64,000 nucleotides of DNA, from NCBI GenBank assembly GCA_964057225.1, contig OZ059900.1, forward strand, positions 25,420,001 through 25,484,000, read 5' to 3'. Origin of the DNA: Auanema rhodensis. Its lineage: Eukaryota; Animalia; Nematoda. Shown here piece by piece: positions 1-11,800 of the stretch. A program made the translations under genes and the position numbers. Positions within the stretch are counted from its first letter, which is position 1; the number at the start of each line of letters is the position of its first letter. Under the pieces are notes generated by a model. It saw only the letters and a list, made by a program, of their open reading frames with translations, did not search any database and was not told where the DNA came from.

Positions 1-1710
1 CAGCATAATAAAATATTTCTCATGGGAAATACTGTGTTTTTGTATTTTTCTAGTGTTCAGCATGTAAAATGCTTCATTTTAGTATGTAACACGCTGAAAT
101 TCGTTGCATTTGACGACTCATATGAACAAAAATCGATTTAATCAATATTAGCCATAAGGGGCGTGCCCTCAGAATATGCTAATTTCCTTAATTTTCTAAC
201 CCCTGTTTTTTTGTCGTGAAAGTGGAACTAGACGTTCTACGAACAATTTTGAGCTAGGTTTCATTGACATTGCATGAGTTTGAACACATGAAATCGTAAG
301 TCAAAACCTTGTTTACAGCGAAATTTCCAAAAACTGGTTTTCCAGCATAATAAAATATTTCTCATGGGAAATACTGTGTTTTTGTATTTTTCTAGTGTTC
401 AGCATGTAAGATGCTTTATTTTAGTATGTAACACGCTGAAATTCGTTGCATTTGACGACTCATATGAACAAAAATCGATTTAATCAATATTAGCCATAAG
501 GGGCGTGCCCTCAGAATATGCTAATTTCCTTAATTTTCTAACCCCTGTTTTTTTGTCGTGAAAGTGGAACTAGACGTTGTACGAACAATTTTGAGCTAGG
601 TTTCATTGACATTGCATGAGTTTGAACACATGAAATCGTAAGTCAAAACCTTGTTTACAGCGAAATTTCCAAAAACTGGTTTTCCAGCATAATAAAATAT
701 TTCTCATGGGAAATACTGTGTTTTTGTATTTTCCTAGTGTTCAGCATGTAAAATGTTTCATTTTAGTATGTAACACGCTGAAATTCGTTGCATTTGACGA
801 CTCATATGAACAAAAATCGATTTAATCAATATTAGCCATAAGGGGCGTGCCCTCAGAATATGCTAATTTCCTTAATTTTCTAACCCCTGTTTTTTTGTCG
901 TGAAAGTGGAACTAGACGTTGTACGAACAATTTTGAGCTAGGTATCATTGACATTGCATGAGTTTGAACACATGAAATCGTAAGTCAAAACCTTGTTTAC
1001 AGCGAAATTTCCAAAAACTGGTTTTCCAGCATAATAAAATATTTCTCATGGGAAATACTGTGTTTTTGTATTTTTCTAGTGTTCAGCATGTAAGATGCTT
1101 TATTTTAGTATGTAACACGCTGAAATTCGTTGCATTTGACGACTCATATGAACAAAAATCGATTTAATCAATATTAGCCATAAGGGGCGTGCCCTCAGAA
1201 TATGCTAATTTCCTTAATTTTCTAACCCCTGTTTTTTTGTCGTGAAAGTGGAACTAGACGTTGTACGAACAATTTTGAGCTAGGTTTCATTGACATTGCA
1301 TCAGTTTGAACACATGAAATCGTAAGTCAAAACCTTGTTTACAGCGAAATTTCCAAAAACTGGTTTTCCAGCATAATAAAATATTTCTCATGGGAAATAC
1401 TGTGTTTTTGTATTTTTCTAGTGTTCAGCATGTGAAATGCTTCATTTTAGTATGTAACACGCTGAAATTCGTTGCATTTGACGACTCATATGAACAAAAA
1501 TCGATTTAATCAATATTAGCCATAAGGGGCGTGCCCTCAGAATATGCCAATTTCCTTAATTTTCTAACCCCTGTTTTTTTGTCGTGAAAGTGGAACTAGA
1601 CGTTGTACGAACAATTTTGAGCTAGGTTTCATTGACATTGCATCAGTTTGAACACATGAAATCGTAAGTCAAAACCTTGTTTACAGCGAAATTTCCAAAA
1701 ACTGGTTTTG

Positions 1711-4700
1711 CAGCATAATAAAATATTTCTCATGGGAAATACTGTGTTTTTGTACTTTTCTAGTGTTCAGCATGTGAAATGCTTCATTTTAGTATGTAAC
1801 ACGCTGAAATTCGTTGCATTTGACGACTCATATGAACAAAAATCGATTTAATCAATATTAGCCATAAGGGGCGTGCCCTCAGAATATGCCAATTTCCTTA
1901 ATTTTCTAACCCCTGTTTTTTTGTCGTGAAAGTGGAACTAGACGTTGTACGAACAATTTTGAGCTAGGTTTCATTGACATTGCATGAGTTTGAACACATG
2001 AAATCGTAAGTCAAAACCTTGTTTACAGCGAAATTTCCAAAAACTGGTTTTCCAGCATAATAAAATATTTCTCATGGGAAATACTGTGTTTTTGTATTTT
2101 TCTAGTGTTCAGCATGTAAAATGCTTCATTTTAGTATGTAACACGCTGAAATTCGTTGCATTTGACGACTCATATGAACAAAAATCGATTTAATCAATAT
2201 TAGCCATAAGGGGCGTGCCCTCAGAATATGCTAATTTCCTTAATTTTCTAACCCCTGTTTTTTTGTCGTGAAAGTGGAACTAGACGTTGTACGAACAATT
2301 TTGAACTAGGTTTCATTGACATTGCATGAGTTTGAACACATGAAATCGTAAGTCAAAACCTTGTTTACAGCGAAATTTCCAAAAACTGGTTTTCCAGCAT
2401 AATAAAATATTTCTCATGGGAAATACTGTGTTTTTGTATTTTTCTAGTGTTCAGCATGTAAAATGCTTCATTTTAGTATGTAACACGCTGAAATTCGTTG
2501 CATTTGACGACTCATATGAACAAAAATCGATGTAATCAATATTAGCCATAAGGGGCGTGCCCTCAGAATATGCTAATTTCCTTAATTTTCTAACCCCTGT
2601 TTTTTTGTCGTGAAAGTGGAACTAGACGTTGTACGAACAATTTTGAGCTAGGTTTCATTGACATTGCATCAGTTTGAACACATGAAATCGTAAGTCAAAA
2701 CCTTGTTTACAGCGAAATTTCCAAAAACTGGTTTTGCAGCATAATAAAATATTTCTCATGGGAAATACTGTGTTTTTGTACTTTTCTAGTGTTCAGCATG
2801 TGAAATGCTTCATTTTAGTATGTAACACGCTGAAATTCGTTGCATTTGACGACTCATATGAACAAAAATCGATTTAATCAATATTAGCCATAAGGGGCGT
2901 GCCCTCAGAATATGCCAATTTCCTTAATTTTCTAACCCCTGTTTTTTTGTCGTGAAAGTGGAACTAGACGTTGTACGAACAATTTTGAGCTAGGTTTCAT
3001 TGACATTGCATGAGTTTGAACACATGAAATCGTAAGTCAAAACCTTGTTTACAGCGAAATTTCCAAAAACTGGTTTTCCAGCATAATAAAATATTTCTCA
3101 TGGGAAATACTGTGTTTTTGTATTTTTCTAGTGTTCAGCATGTAAAATGCTTCATTTTAGTATGTAACACGCTGAAATTCGTTGCATTTGACGACTCATA
3201 TGAACAAAAATCGATTTAATCAATATTAGCCATAAGGGGCGTGCCCTCAGAATATGCTAATTTCCTTAATTTTCTAACCCCTGTTTTTTTGTCGTGAAAG
3301 TGGAACTAGACGTTGTACGAACAATTTTGAGCTAGGTTTCATTGACATTGCATGAGTTTGAACACATGAAATCGTAAGTCAAAACCTTGTTTACAGCGAA
3401 ATTTCCAAAAACTGGTTTTCCAGCATAATAAAATATTTCTCATGGGAAATACTGTGTTTTTGTATTTTTCTAGTGTTCAGCATGTAAGATGCTTTATTTT
3501 AGTATGTAACACGCTGAAATTCGTTGCATTTGACGACTCATATGAACAAAAATCGATGTAATCAATATTAGCCATAAGGGGCGTGCCCTCAGAATATGCT
3601 AATTTCCTTAATTTTCTAACCCCTGTTTTTTTGTCGTGAAAGTGGAACTAGACGTTGTACGAACAATTTTGAGCTAGGTTTCATTGACATTGCATCAGTT
3701 TGAACACATGAAATCGTAAGTCAAAACCTTGTTTACAGCGAAATTTCCAAAAACTGGTTTTCCAGCATAATAAAATCTTTCTCATTTGAAATACTGTGTT
3801 TTTGTATTTTTCTAGTGTTCAGCATGTGAAATGCTTCATTTTAGTATGTAACACGCTGAAATTCGTTGCATTTGACGACTCATATGAACAAAAATCGATT
3901 TAATCAATATTAGCCATAAGGGGCGTGCCCTCAGAATATGCCAATTTCCTTAATTTTCTAACCCCTGTTTTTTTGTCGTGAAAGTGGAACTAGACGTTGT
4001 ACGAACAATTTTGAGCTAGGTTTCATTGACATTGCATGAGTTTGAACACATGAAATCGTAAGTCAAAACCTTGTTTACAGCGAAATTTCCAAAAACTGGT
4101 TTTCCAGCATAATAAAATATTTCTCATGGGAAATACTGTGTTTTTGTATTTTTCTAGTGTTCAGCATGTAAAATGCTTCATTTTAGTATGTAACACGCTG
4201 AAATTCGTTGCATTTGACGACTCATATGAACAAAAATCGATTTAATCAATATTAGCCATAAGGGGCGTGCCCTCAGAATATGCTAATTTCCTTAATTTTC
4301 TAACCCCTGTTTTTTTGTCGTGAAAGTGGAACTAGACGTTGTACGAACAATTTTGAGCTAGGTTTCATTGACATTGCATGAGTTTGAACACATGAAATCG
4401 TAAGTCAAAACCTTGTTTACAGCGAAATTTCCAAAAACTGGTTTTCCAGCATAATAAAATATTTCTCATGGGAAATACTGTGTTTTTGTATTTTTCTAGT
4501 GTTCAGCATGTAAAATGCTTCATTTTAGTATGTAACACGCTGAAATTCGTTGCATTTGACGACTCATATGAACAAAAATCGATGTAATCAATATTAGCCA
4601 TAAGGGGCGTGCCCTCAGAATATGCTAATTTCCTTAATTTTCTAACCCCTGTTTTTTTGTCGTGAAAGTGGAACTAGACGTTGTACGAACAATTTTGAGC

Positions 4701-5814
4701 TAGGTTTCATTGACATTGCATCAGTTTGAACACATGAAATCGTAAGTCAAAACCTTGTTTACAGCGAAATTTCCAAAAACTGGTTTTGCAGCATAATAAA
4801 ATATTTCTCATGGGAAATACTGTGTTTTTGTACTTTTCTAGTGTTCAGCATGTGAAATGCTTCATTTTAGTATGTAACACGCTGAAATTCGTTGCATTTG
4901 ACGACTCATATGAACAAAAATCGATTTAATCAATATTAGCCATAAGGGGCGTGCCCTCAGAATATGCCAATTTCCTTAATTTTCTAACCCCTGTTTTTTT
5001 GTCGTGAAAGTGGAACTAGACGTTGTACGAACAATTTTGAGCTAGGTTTCATTGACATTGCATGAGTTTGAACACATGAAATCGTAAGTCAAAACCTTGT
5101 TTACAGCGAAATTTCCAAAAACTGGTTTTCCAGCATAATAAAATATTTCTCATGGGAAATACTGTGTTTTTGTATTTTTCTAGTGTTCAGCATGTAAAAT
5201 GCTTCATTTTAGTATGTAACACGCTGAAATTCGTTGCATTTGACGACTCATATGAACAAAAATCGATTTAATCAATATTAGCCATAAGGGGCGTGCCCTC
5301 AGAATATGCTAATTTCCTTAATTTTCTAACCCCTGTTTTTTTGTCGTGAAAGTGGAACTAGACGTTGTACGAACAATTTTGAGCTAGGTTTCATTGACAT
5401 TGCATGAGTTTGAACACATGAAATCGTAAGTCAAAACCTTGTTTACAGCGAAATTTCCAAAAACTGGTTTTCCAGCATAATAAAATATTTCTCATGGGAA
5501 ATACTGTGTTTTTGTATTTTTCTAGTGTTCAGCATGTAAGATGCTTTATTTTAGTATGTAACACGCTGAAATTCGTTGCATTTGACGACTCATATGAACA
5601 AAAATCGATTTAATCAATATTAGCCATAAGGGGCGTGCCCTCAGAATATGCTAATTTCCTTAATTTTCTAACCCCTGTTTTTTTGTCGTGAAAGTGGAAC
5701 TAGACGTTGTACGAACAATTTTGAGCTAGGTTTCATTGACATTGCATCAGTTTGAACACATGAAATCGTAAGTCAAAACCTTGTTTACAGCGAAATTTCC
5801 AAAAACTGGTTTTC
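1711..5814. repeat. Local 3-monomer (1026-bp) higher-order periodicity, M6-M17
   Basis: A66G+T180C monomers at M6, M9, M12 and M15; near-consensus at M7, M10, M13 and M16; G276C at M8, M11, M14 and M17. Confidence 0.8.
3079..3420. repeat. Representative consensus-type monomer (M10), 342 bp
   Basis: Carries none of the recurrent variants seen elsewhere. Hand count of the consensus gives 57 C, 59 G (~34% GC) and 10 CpG. Confidence 0.9.
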
Positions 5815-8800
5815 CAGCATAATAAAATATTTCTCATGGGAAATACTGTGTTTTTGTATTTTTCTAGTGTTCAGCATGTAAAATGCTTCATTTTAGTATG
5901 TAACACGCTGAAATTCGTTGCATTTGACGACTCATATGAACAAAAATCGATTTAATCAATATTAGCCATAAGGGGCGTGCCCTCAGAATATGCTAATTTC
6001 CTTAATTTTCTAACCCCTGTTTTTTTGTCGTGAAAGTGGAACTAGACGTTCTACGAACAATTTTGAGCTAGGTTTCATTGACATTGCATGAGTTTGAACA
6101 CATGAAATCGTAAGTCAAAACCTTGTTTACAGCGAAATTTCCAAAAACTGGTTTTCCAGCATAATAAAATATTTCTCATGGGAAAAACTGTGTTTTTGTA
6201 TTTTTCTAGTGTTCAGCATATAAAATGCTTCATTTTAGTATATAACACACTGAAATTTGTTGCATTTGACGACTCATATGAACAAAAATCGATTTAATCA
6301 ATATTAGCCATAAGGGGCGTGCCCTCAGAATATGCTAATTTCCTTAATTTTCTAACCCCTGTTTTTTTGTCGTGAAAGTGGAACTAGACGTTGTACGAAC
6401 AATTTTGAGCTAGGTTTCATTGACATTGCATGAGTTTGAACACATGAAATCGTAAGTCAAAACCTTGTTTACAGCGAAATTTCCAAAAACTGGTTTTCCA
6501 GCATAATAAAATATTTCTCAAGGGAAAAACTGTGTTTTTATATTTTTCTAGTGTTCAGCATGTGAAATGCTTTATTTTAGTATGTAACACGCTGAAATTT
6601 GTTGCATTTGACGACTCATATGAACAAAAATCGATTTAATCAATATTAGCCATAAGGGGCGTGCCCTCAGAATATGCTAATTTCCTTAATTTTCTAACCC
6701 CTGTTTTTTTGTCGTGAAAGTGGAACTAGACGTTGTACGAACAATTTTGAGCTAGGTTTCATTGACATTGCATCAGTTTGAACACATGAAATCGTAAGTC
6801 AAAACCTTGTTTACAGCGAAATTTCCAAAAACTGGTTTTCCAGCATAATAAAATATTTCTCATGGGAAATACTGTGTTTTTGTATTTTTCTAGTGTTCAG
6901 CATGTAAAATGTTTCATTTTAGTATGTAACACGCTGAAATTCGTTGCATTTGACGACTCATATGAACAAAAATCGATTTAATCAATATTAGCCATAAGGG
7001 GCGTGCCCTCAGAATATGCTAATTTCCTTAATTTTCTAACCCCTGTTTTTTTGTCGTGAAAGTGGAACTAGACGTTCTACGAACAATTTTGAGCTAGGTT
7101 TCATTGACATTGCATGAGTTTGAACACATGAAATCGTAAGTCAAAACCTTGTTTACAGCGAAATTTCCAAAAACTGGTTTTCCAGCATAATAAAATATTT
7201 CTCATGGGAAAAACTGTGTTTTTGTATTTTTCTAGTGTTCAGCATGTAAAATGCTTCATTTTAGTATGTAACACACTGAAATTTGTTGCATTTGACGACT
7301 CATATGAACAAAAATCGATTTAATCAATATTAGCCATAAGGGGCGTGCCCTCAGAATATGCTAATTTCCTTAATTTTCTAACCCCTGTTTTTTTGTCGTG
7401 AAAGTGGAACTAGACGTTGTACGAACAATTTTGAGCTAGGTTTCATTGACATTGCATGAGTTTGAACACATGAAATCGTAAGTCAAAACCTTGTTTACAG
7501 CGAAATTTCCAAAAACTGGTTTTCCAGCATAATAAAATATTTCTCAAGGGAAAAACTGTGTTTTTATATTTTTCTAGTGTTCAGCATGTGAAATGCTTTA
7601 TTTTAGTATGTAACACGCTGAAATTTGTTGCATTTGACGACTCATATGAACAAAAATCGATTTAATCAATATTAGCCATAAGGGGCGTGCCCTCAGAATA
7701 TGCTAATTTCCTTAATTTTCTGACCCCTGTTTTTTTGTCGTGAAAGTGGAACTAGACGTTGTACGAACAATTTTGAGCTAGGTTTCATTGACATTGCATG
7801 AGTTTGAACACATGAAATCGTAAGTCAAAACCTTGTTTACAGCGAAATTTCCAAAAACTGGTTTTCCAGCATAATAAAATATTTCTCATGGGAAATACTG
7901 TGTTTTTGTATTTTTCTAGTGTTCAGCATGTAAAATGCTTCATTTTAGTATGTAACACGCTGAAATTCGTTGCATTTGACGACTCATATGAACAAAAATC
8001 GATTTAATCAATATTAGCCATAAGGGGCGTGCCCTCAGAATATGCTAATTTCCTTAATTTTCTAACCCCTGTTTTTTTGTCGTGAAAGTGGAACTAGACG
8101 TTGTACGAACAATTTTGAGCTAGGTTTCATTGACATTGCATCAGTTTGAACACATGAAATCGTAAGTCAAAACCTTGTTTACAGCGAAATTTCCAAAAAC
8201 TGGTTTTGCAGCATAATAAAATATTTCTCATGGGAAATACTGTGTTTTTGTACTTTTCTAGTGTTCAGCATGTAAAATGCTTCATTTTAGTATGTAACAC
8301 GCTGAAATTCGTTGCATTTGACGACTCATATGAACAAAAATCGATTTATTCAATATTAGCCATAAGGGGCGTGCCCTCAGAATATGCTAATTTCCTTAAT
8401 TTTCTAACCCCTGTTTTTTTGTCGTGAAAGTGGAACTAGACGTTGTACGAACAATTTTGAGCTAGGTTTCATTGACATTGCATGAGTTTGAACACATGAA
8501 ATCGTAAGTCAAAACCTTGTTTACAGCGAAATTTCCAAAAACTGGTTTTCCAGCATAATAAAATATTTCTCATGGGAAAAACTGTGTTTTTGTATTTTTC
8601 TAGTGTTCAGCATGTAAAATGCTTCATTTTAGTATGTAACACACTGAAGTTGCATTTGACGACTCATATGAACAAAAATCGATTTAATCAATATTAGCCA
8701 TAAGGGGCGTGCCCTCAGAATATGCTAATTTCTTTATTTTTCTAACCCCTGTTTTTTGTCGTGAAAGTGGAACTAGACGTTGTACGAACAATTTTGAGCT

Positions 8801-11800
8801 AGGTTTCATTGACATTGCATGAGTTTGAACACATGAAATCGTAAGTCAAAACCTTGTTTACAGCGAAATTTCCAAAAACTGGTTTTCCAGCATAATAAAA
8901 TATTTCTCATGGGAAATACTGTGTTTTTGTATTTTTCTAGTGTTCAGCATGTAAAATGCTTCATTTTAGTATGTAACACGCTGAAATTCGTTGCATTTGA
9001 CGACTCATATGAACAAAAATCGATTTAATCAATATTAGCCATAAGGGGCGTGCCCTCAGAATATGCTAATTTCCTTAATTTTCTAACCCCTGTTTTTTTG
9101 TCGTGAAAGTGGAACTAGACGTTGTACGAACAATTTTGAGCTAGGTTTCATTGACATTGCATGAGTTTGAACACATGAAATCGTAAGTCAAAACCTTGTT
9201 TACAGCGAAATTTCCAAAAACTGGTTTTCCAGCATAATAAAATATTTCTCATGGGAAATACTGTGTTTTTGTATTTTTCTAGTGTTCAGCATGTAAAATG
9301 CTTCATTTTAGTATGTAACACGCTGAAATTCGTTGCATTTGACGACTCATATGAACAAAAATCGATTTAATCAATATTAGCCATAAGGGGAGTGCCCTCA
9401 GAATATGCTAATTTCCTTAATTTTCTAACCCCTGTTTTTTTGTCGTGAAAGTGGAACTAGACGTTGTACGAACAATTTTGAGCTAGGTTTCATTGACATT
9501 GCATGAGTTTGAACACATGAAATCGTAAGTCAAAACCTTGTTTACAGCGAAATTTCCAAAAACTGGTTTTCCAGCATAATAAAATATTTGTCATGGGAAA
9601 TACTGTGTTTTTGTATTTTTCTAGTGTTCAGCATGTAAAATGCTTCATTTTAGTATGTAACACGCTGTAATTCGTTGCATTTGACGACTCATATGAACAA
9701 AAATCGATTTAATCAATATTAGCCATAAGGGGCGTGCCCTCAGAATATGCTAATTTCCTTAATTTTCTAACCCCTGTTTTTTTGTCGTGAAAGTGGAACT
9801 AGACGTTGTACGAACAATTTTGAGCTAGGTTTCATTGACATTGCATCGGTTTGAACACATGAAATCGTAAGTCAAAACCTTGTTTACAGCGAAATTTCCA
9901 AAAACTGGTTTTCCAGCATAATAAAATATTTCTCATGGGAAATACTGTGTTTTTGTATTTTTCTAGTGTTCAGCATGTAAAATGCTTCATTTTAGTATGT
10001 AACACGCTGAAATTCGTTGCATTTGACGACTCATATGAACAAAAATCGATTTAATCAATATTAGCCATAAGGGGCGTGCCCTCAGAATATGCTAATTTCC
10101 TTAATTTTCTAACCCCTGTTTTTTTGTCGTGAAAGTGGAACTAGACGTTGTACGAACAATTTTGAGCTAGGTTTCATTGACATTGCATGAGTTTGAACAC
10201 ATGAAATCGTAAGTCAAAACCTTGTTTACAGCGAAATTTCCAAAAACTGGTTTTCCAGCATAATAAAATATTTCTCATGGGAAATACTGTGTTTTTGTAT
10301 TTTTCTAGTGTTCAGCATGTAAGATGCTTTATTTTAGTATGTAACACGCTGAAATTCGTTGCATTTGACGACTCATATGAACAAAAATCGATTTAATCAA
10401 TATTAGCCATAAGGGGCGTGCCCTCAGAATATGCTAATTTCCTTAATTTTCTAACCCCTGTTTTTTTGTCGTGAAAGTGGAACTAGACGTTGTACGAACA
10501 ATTTTGAGCTAGGTTTCATTGACATTGCATGAGTTTGAACACATGAAATCGTAAGTCAAAACCTTGTTTACAGCGAAATTTCCAAAAACTGGTTTTCCAG
10601 CATAATAAAATATTTCTCATGGGAAATACTGTGTTTTTGTATTTTTCTAGTGTTCAGCATGTAAAATGCTTCATTTTAGTATGTAACACGCTGAAATTCG
10701 TTGCATTTGACGACTCATATGAACAAAAATCGATGTAATCAATATTAGCCATAAGGGGCGTGCCCTCAGAATATGCTAATTTCCTTAATTTTCTAACCCC
10801 TGTTTTTTTGTCGTGAAAGTGGAACTAGACGTTGTACGAACAATTTTGAGCTAGGTTTCATTGACATTGCATCAGTTTGAACACATGAAATCGTAAGTCA
10901 AAACCTTGTTTACAGCGAAATTTCCAAAAACTGGTTTTGCAGCATAATAAAATATTTCTCATGGGAAATACTGTGTTTTTGTATTTTTCTAGTGTTCAGC
11001 ATGTAAAATGCTTCATTTTAGTATGTAACACGCTGAAATTCGTTGCATTTGACGACTCATATGAACAAAAATCGATTTATTCAATATTAGCCATAAGGGG
11101 CGTGCCCTCAGAATATGCTAATTTCCTTAATTTTCTAACCCCTGTTTTGTTGTCGTGAAAGTGGAACTAGACGTTGTACGAACAATTTTGAGCTAGGTTT
11201 CATTGACATTGCATGAGTTTGAACACATGAAATCGTAAGTCAAAACCTTGTTTACAGCGAAATTTCCAAAAACTGGTTTTCCAGCATAATAAAATATTTC
11301 TCATGGGAAATACTGTGTTTTTGTATTTTTCTAGTGTTCAGCATGTAAAATGCTTCATTTTAGTATGTAACACGCTGAAATTCGTTGCATTTGACGACTC
11401 ATATGAACAAAAATCGATTTAATCAATATTAGCCATAAGGGGCGTGCCCTCAGAATATGCTAATTTCCTTAATTTTCTAACCCCTGTTTTTTTGTCGTGA
11501 AAGTGGAACTAGACGTTGTACGAACAATTTTGAGCTAGGTTTCATTGACATTGCATGAGTTTGAACACATGAAATCGTAAGTCAAAACCTTGTTTACAGC
11601 GAAATTTCCAAAAACTGGTTTTCCAGCATAATAAAATATTTCTCATGGGAAATACTGTGTTTTTGTATTTTTCTAGTGTTCAGCATGTAAGATGCTTTAT
11701 TTTAGTATGTAACACGCTGAAATTCGTTGCATTTGACGACTCATATGAACAAAAATCGATTTAATCAATATTAGCCATAAGGGGCGTGCCCTCAGAATAT

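Noticed and set aside
110-172. Satellite-encoded hammerhead ribozyme or retrozyme, as known for newt and schistosome satellites of similar size
   Set aside because: No CTGANGA core on either strand. The nearest are TTGACGA (110-116, +) and CTGAGGG (166-172, -), and neither is followed by a stem II and GAAA. An Infernal/Rfam scan of a dimer would be the definitive test.
264-292. Bacterial sigma70 promoter (perfect TTGACA at 264-269)
   Set aside because: There is no good -10 box at 17-bp spacing (CATGAA), no downstream gene, and the context is satellite DNA.
245-301. Tandem spliced-leader, snRNA, 5S or tRNA gene array (Sm-like AATTTTGA at 245-252, donor GTAAGT at 296)
   Set aside because: The Sm-like site is upstream of the donor rather than shortly downstream. 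No known leader, 5S or tRNA sequence is recognisable.
1-342. Primate alpha-satellite dimer (2 x 171 bp)
   Set aside because: The length coincides, but the sequence does not resemble alpha satellite and lacks a full CENP-B box.
8206-8427. 73-aa ORF (8 copies) as a protein-coding gene
   Set aside because: It lies wholly in satellite sequence, starts at TTG and has no recognisable domain. The frame is closed by TAA at 139-141 in the other ~95% of monomers.
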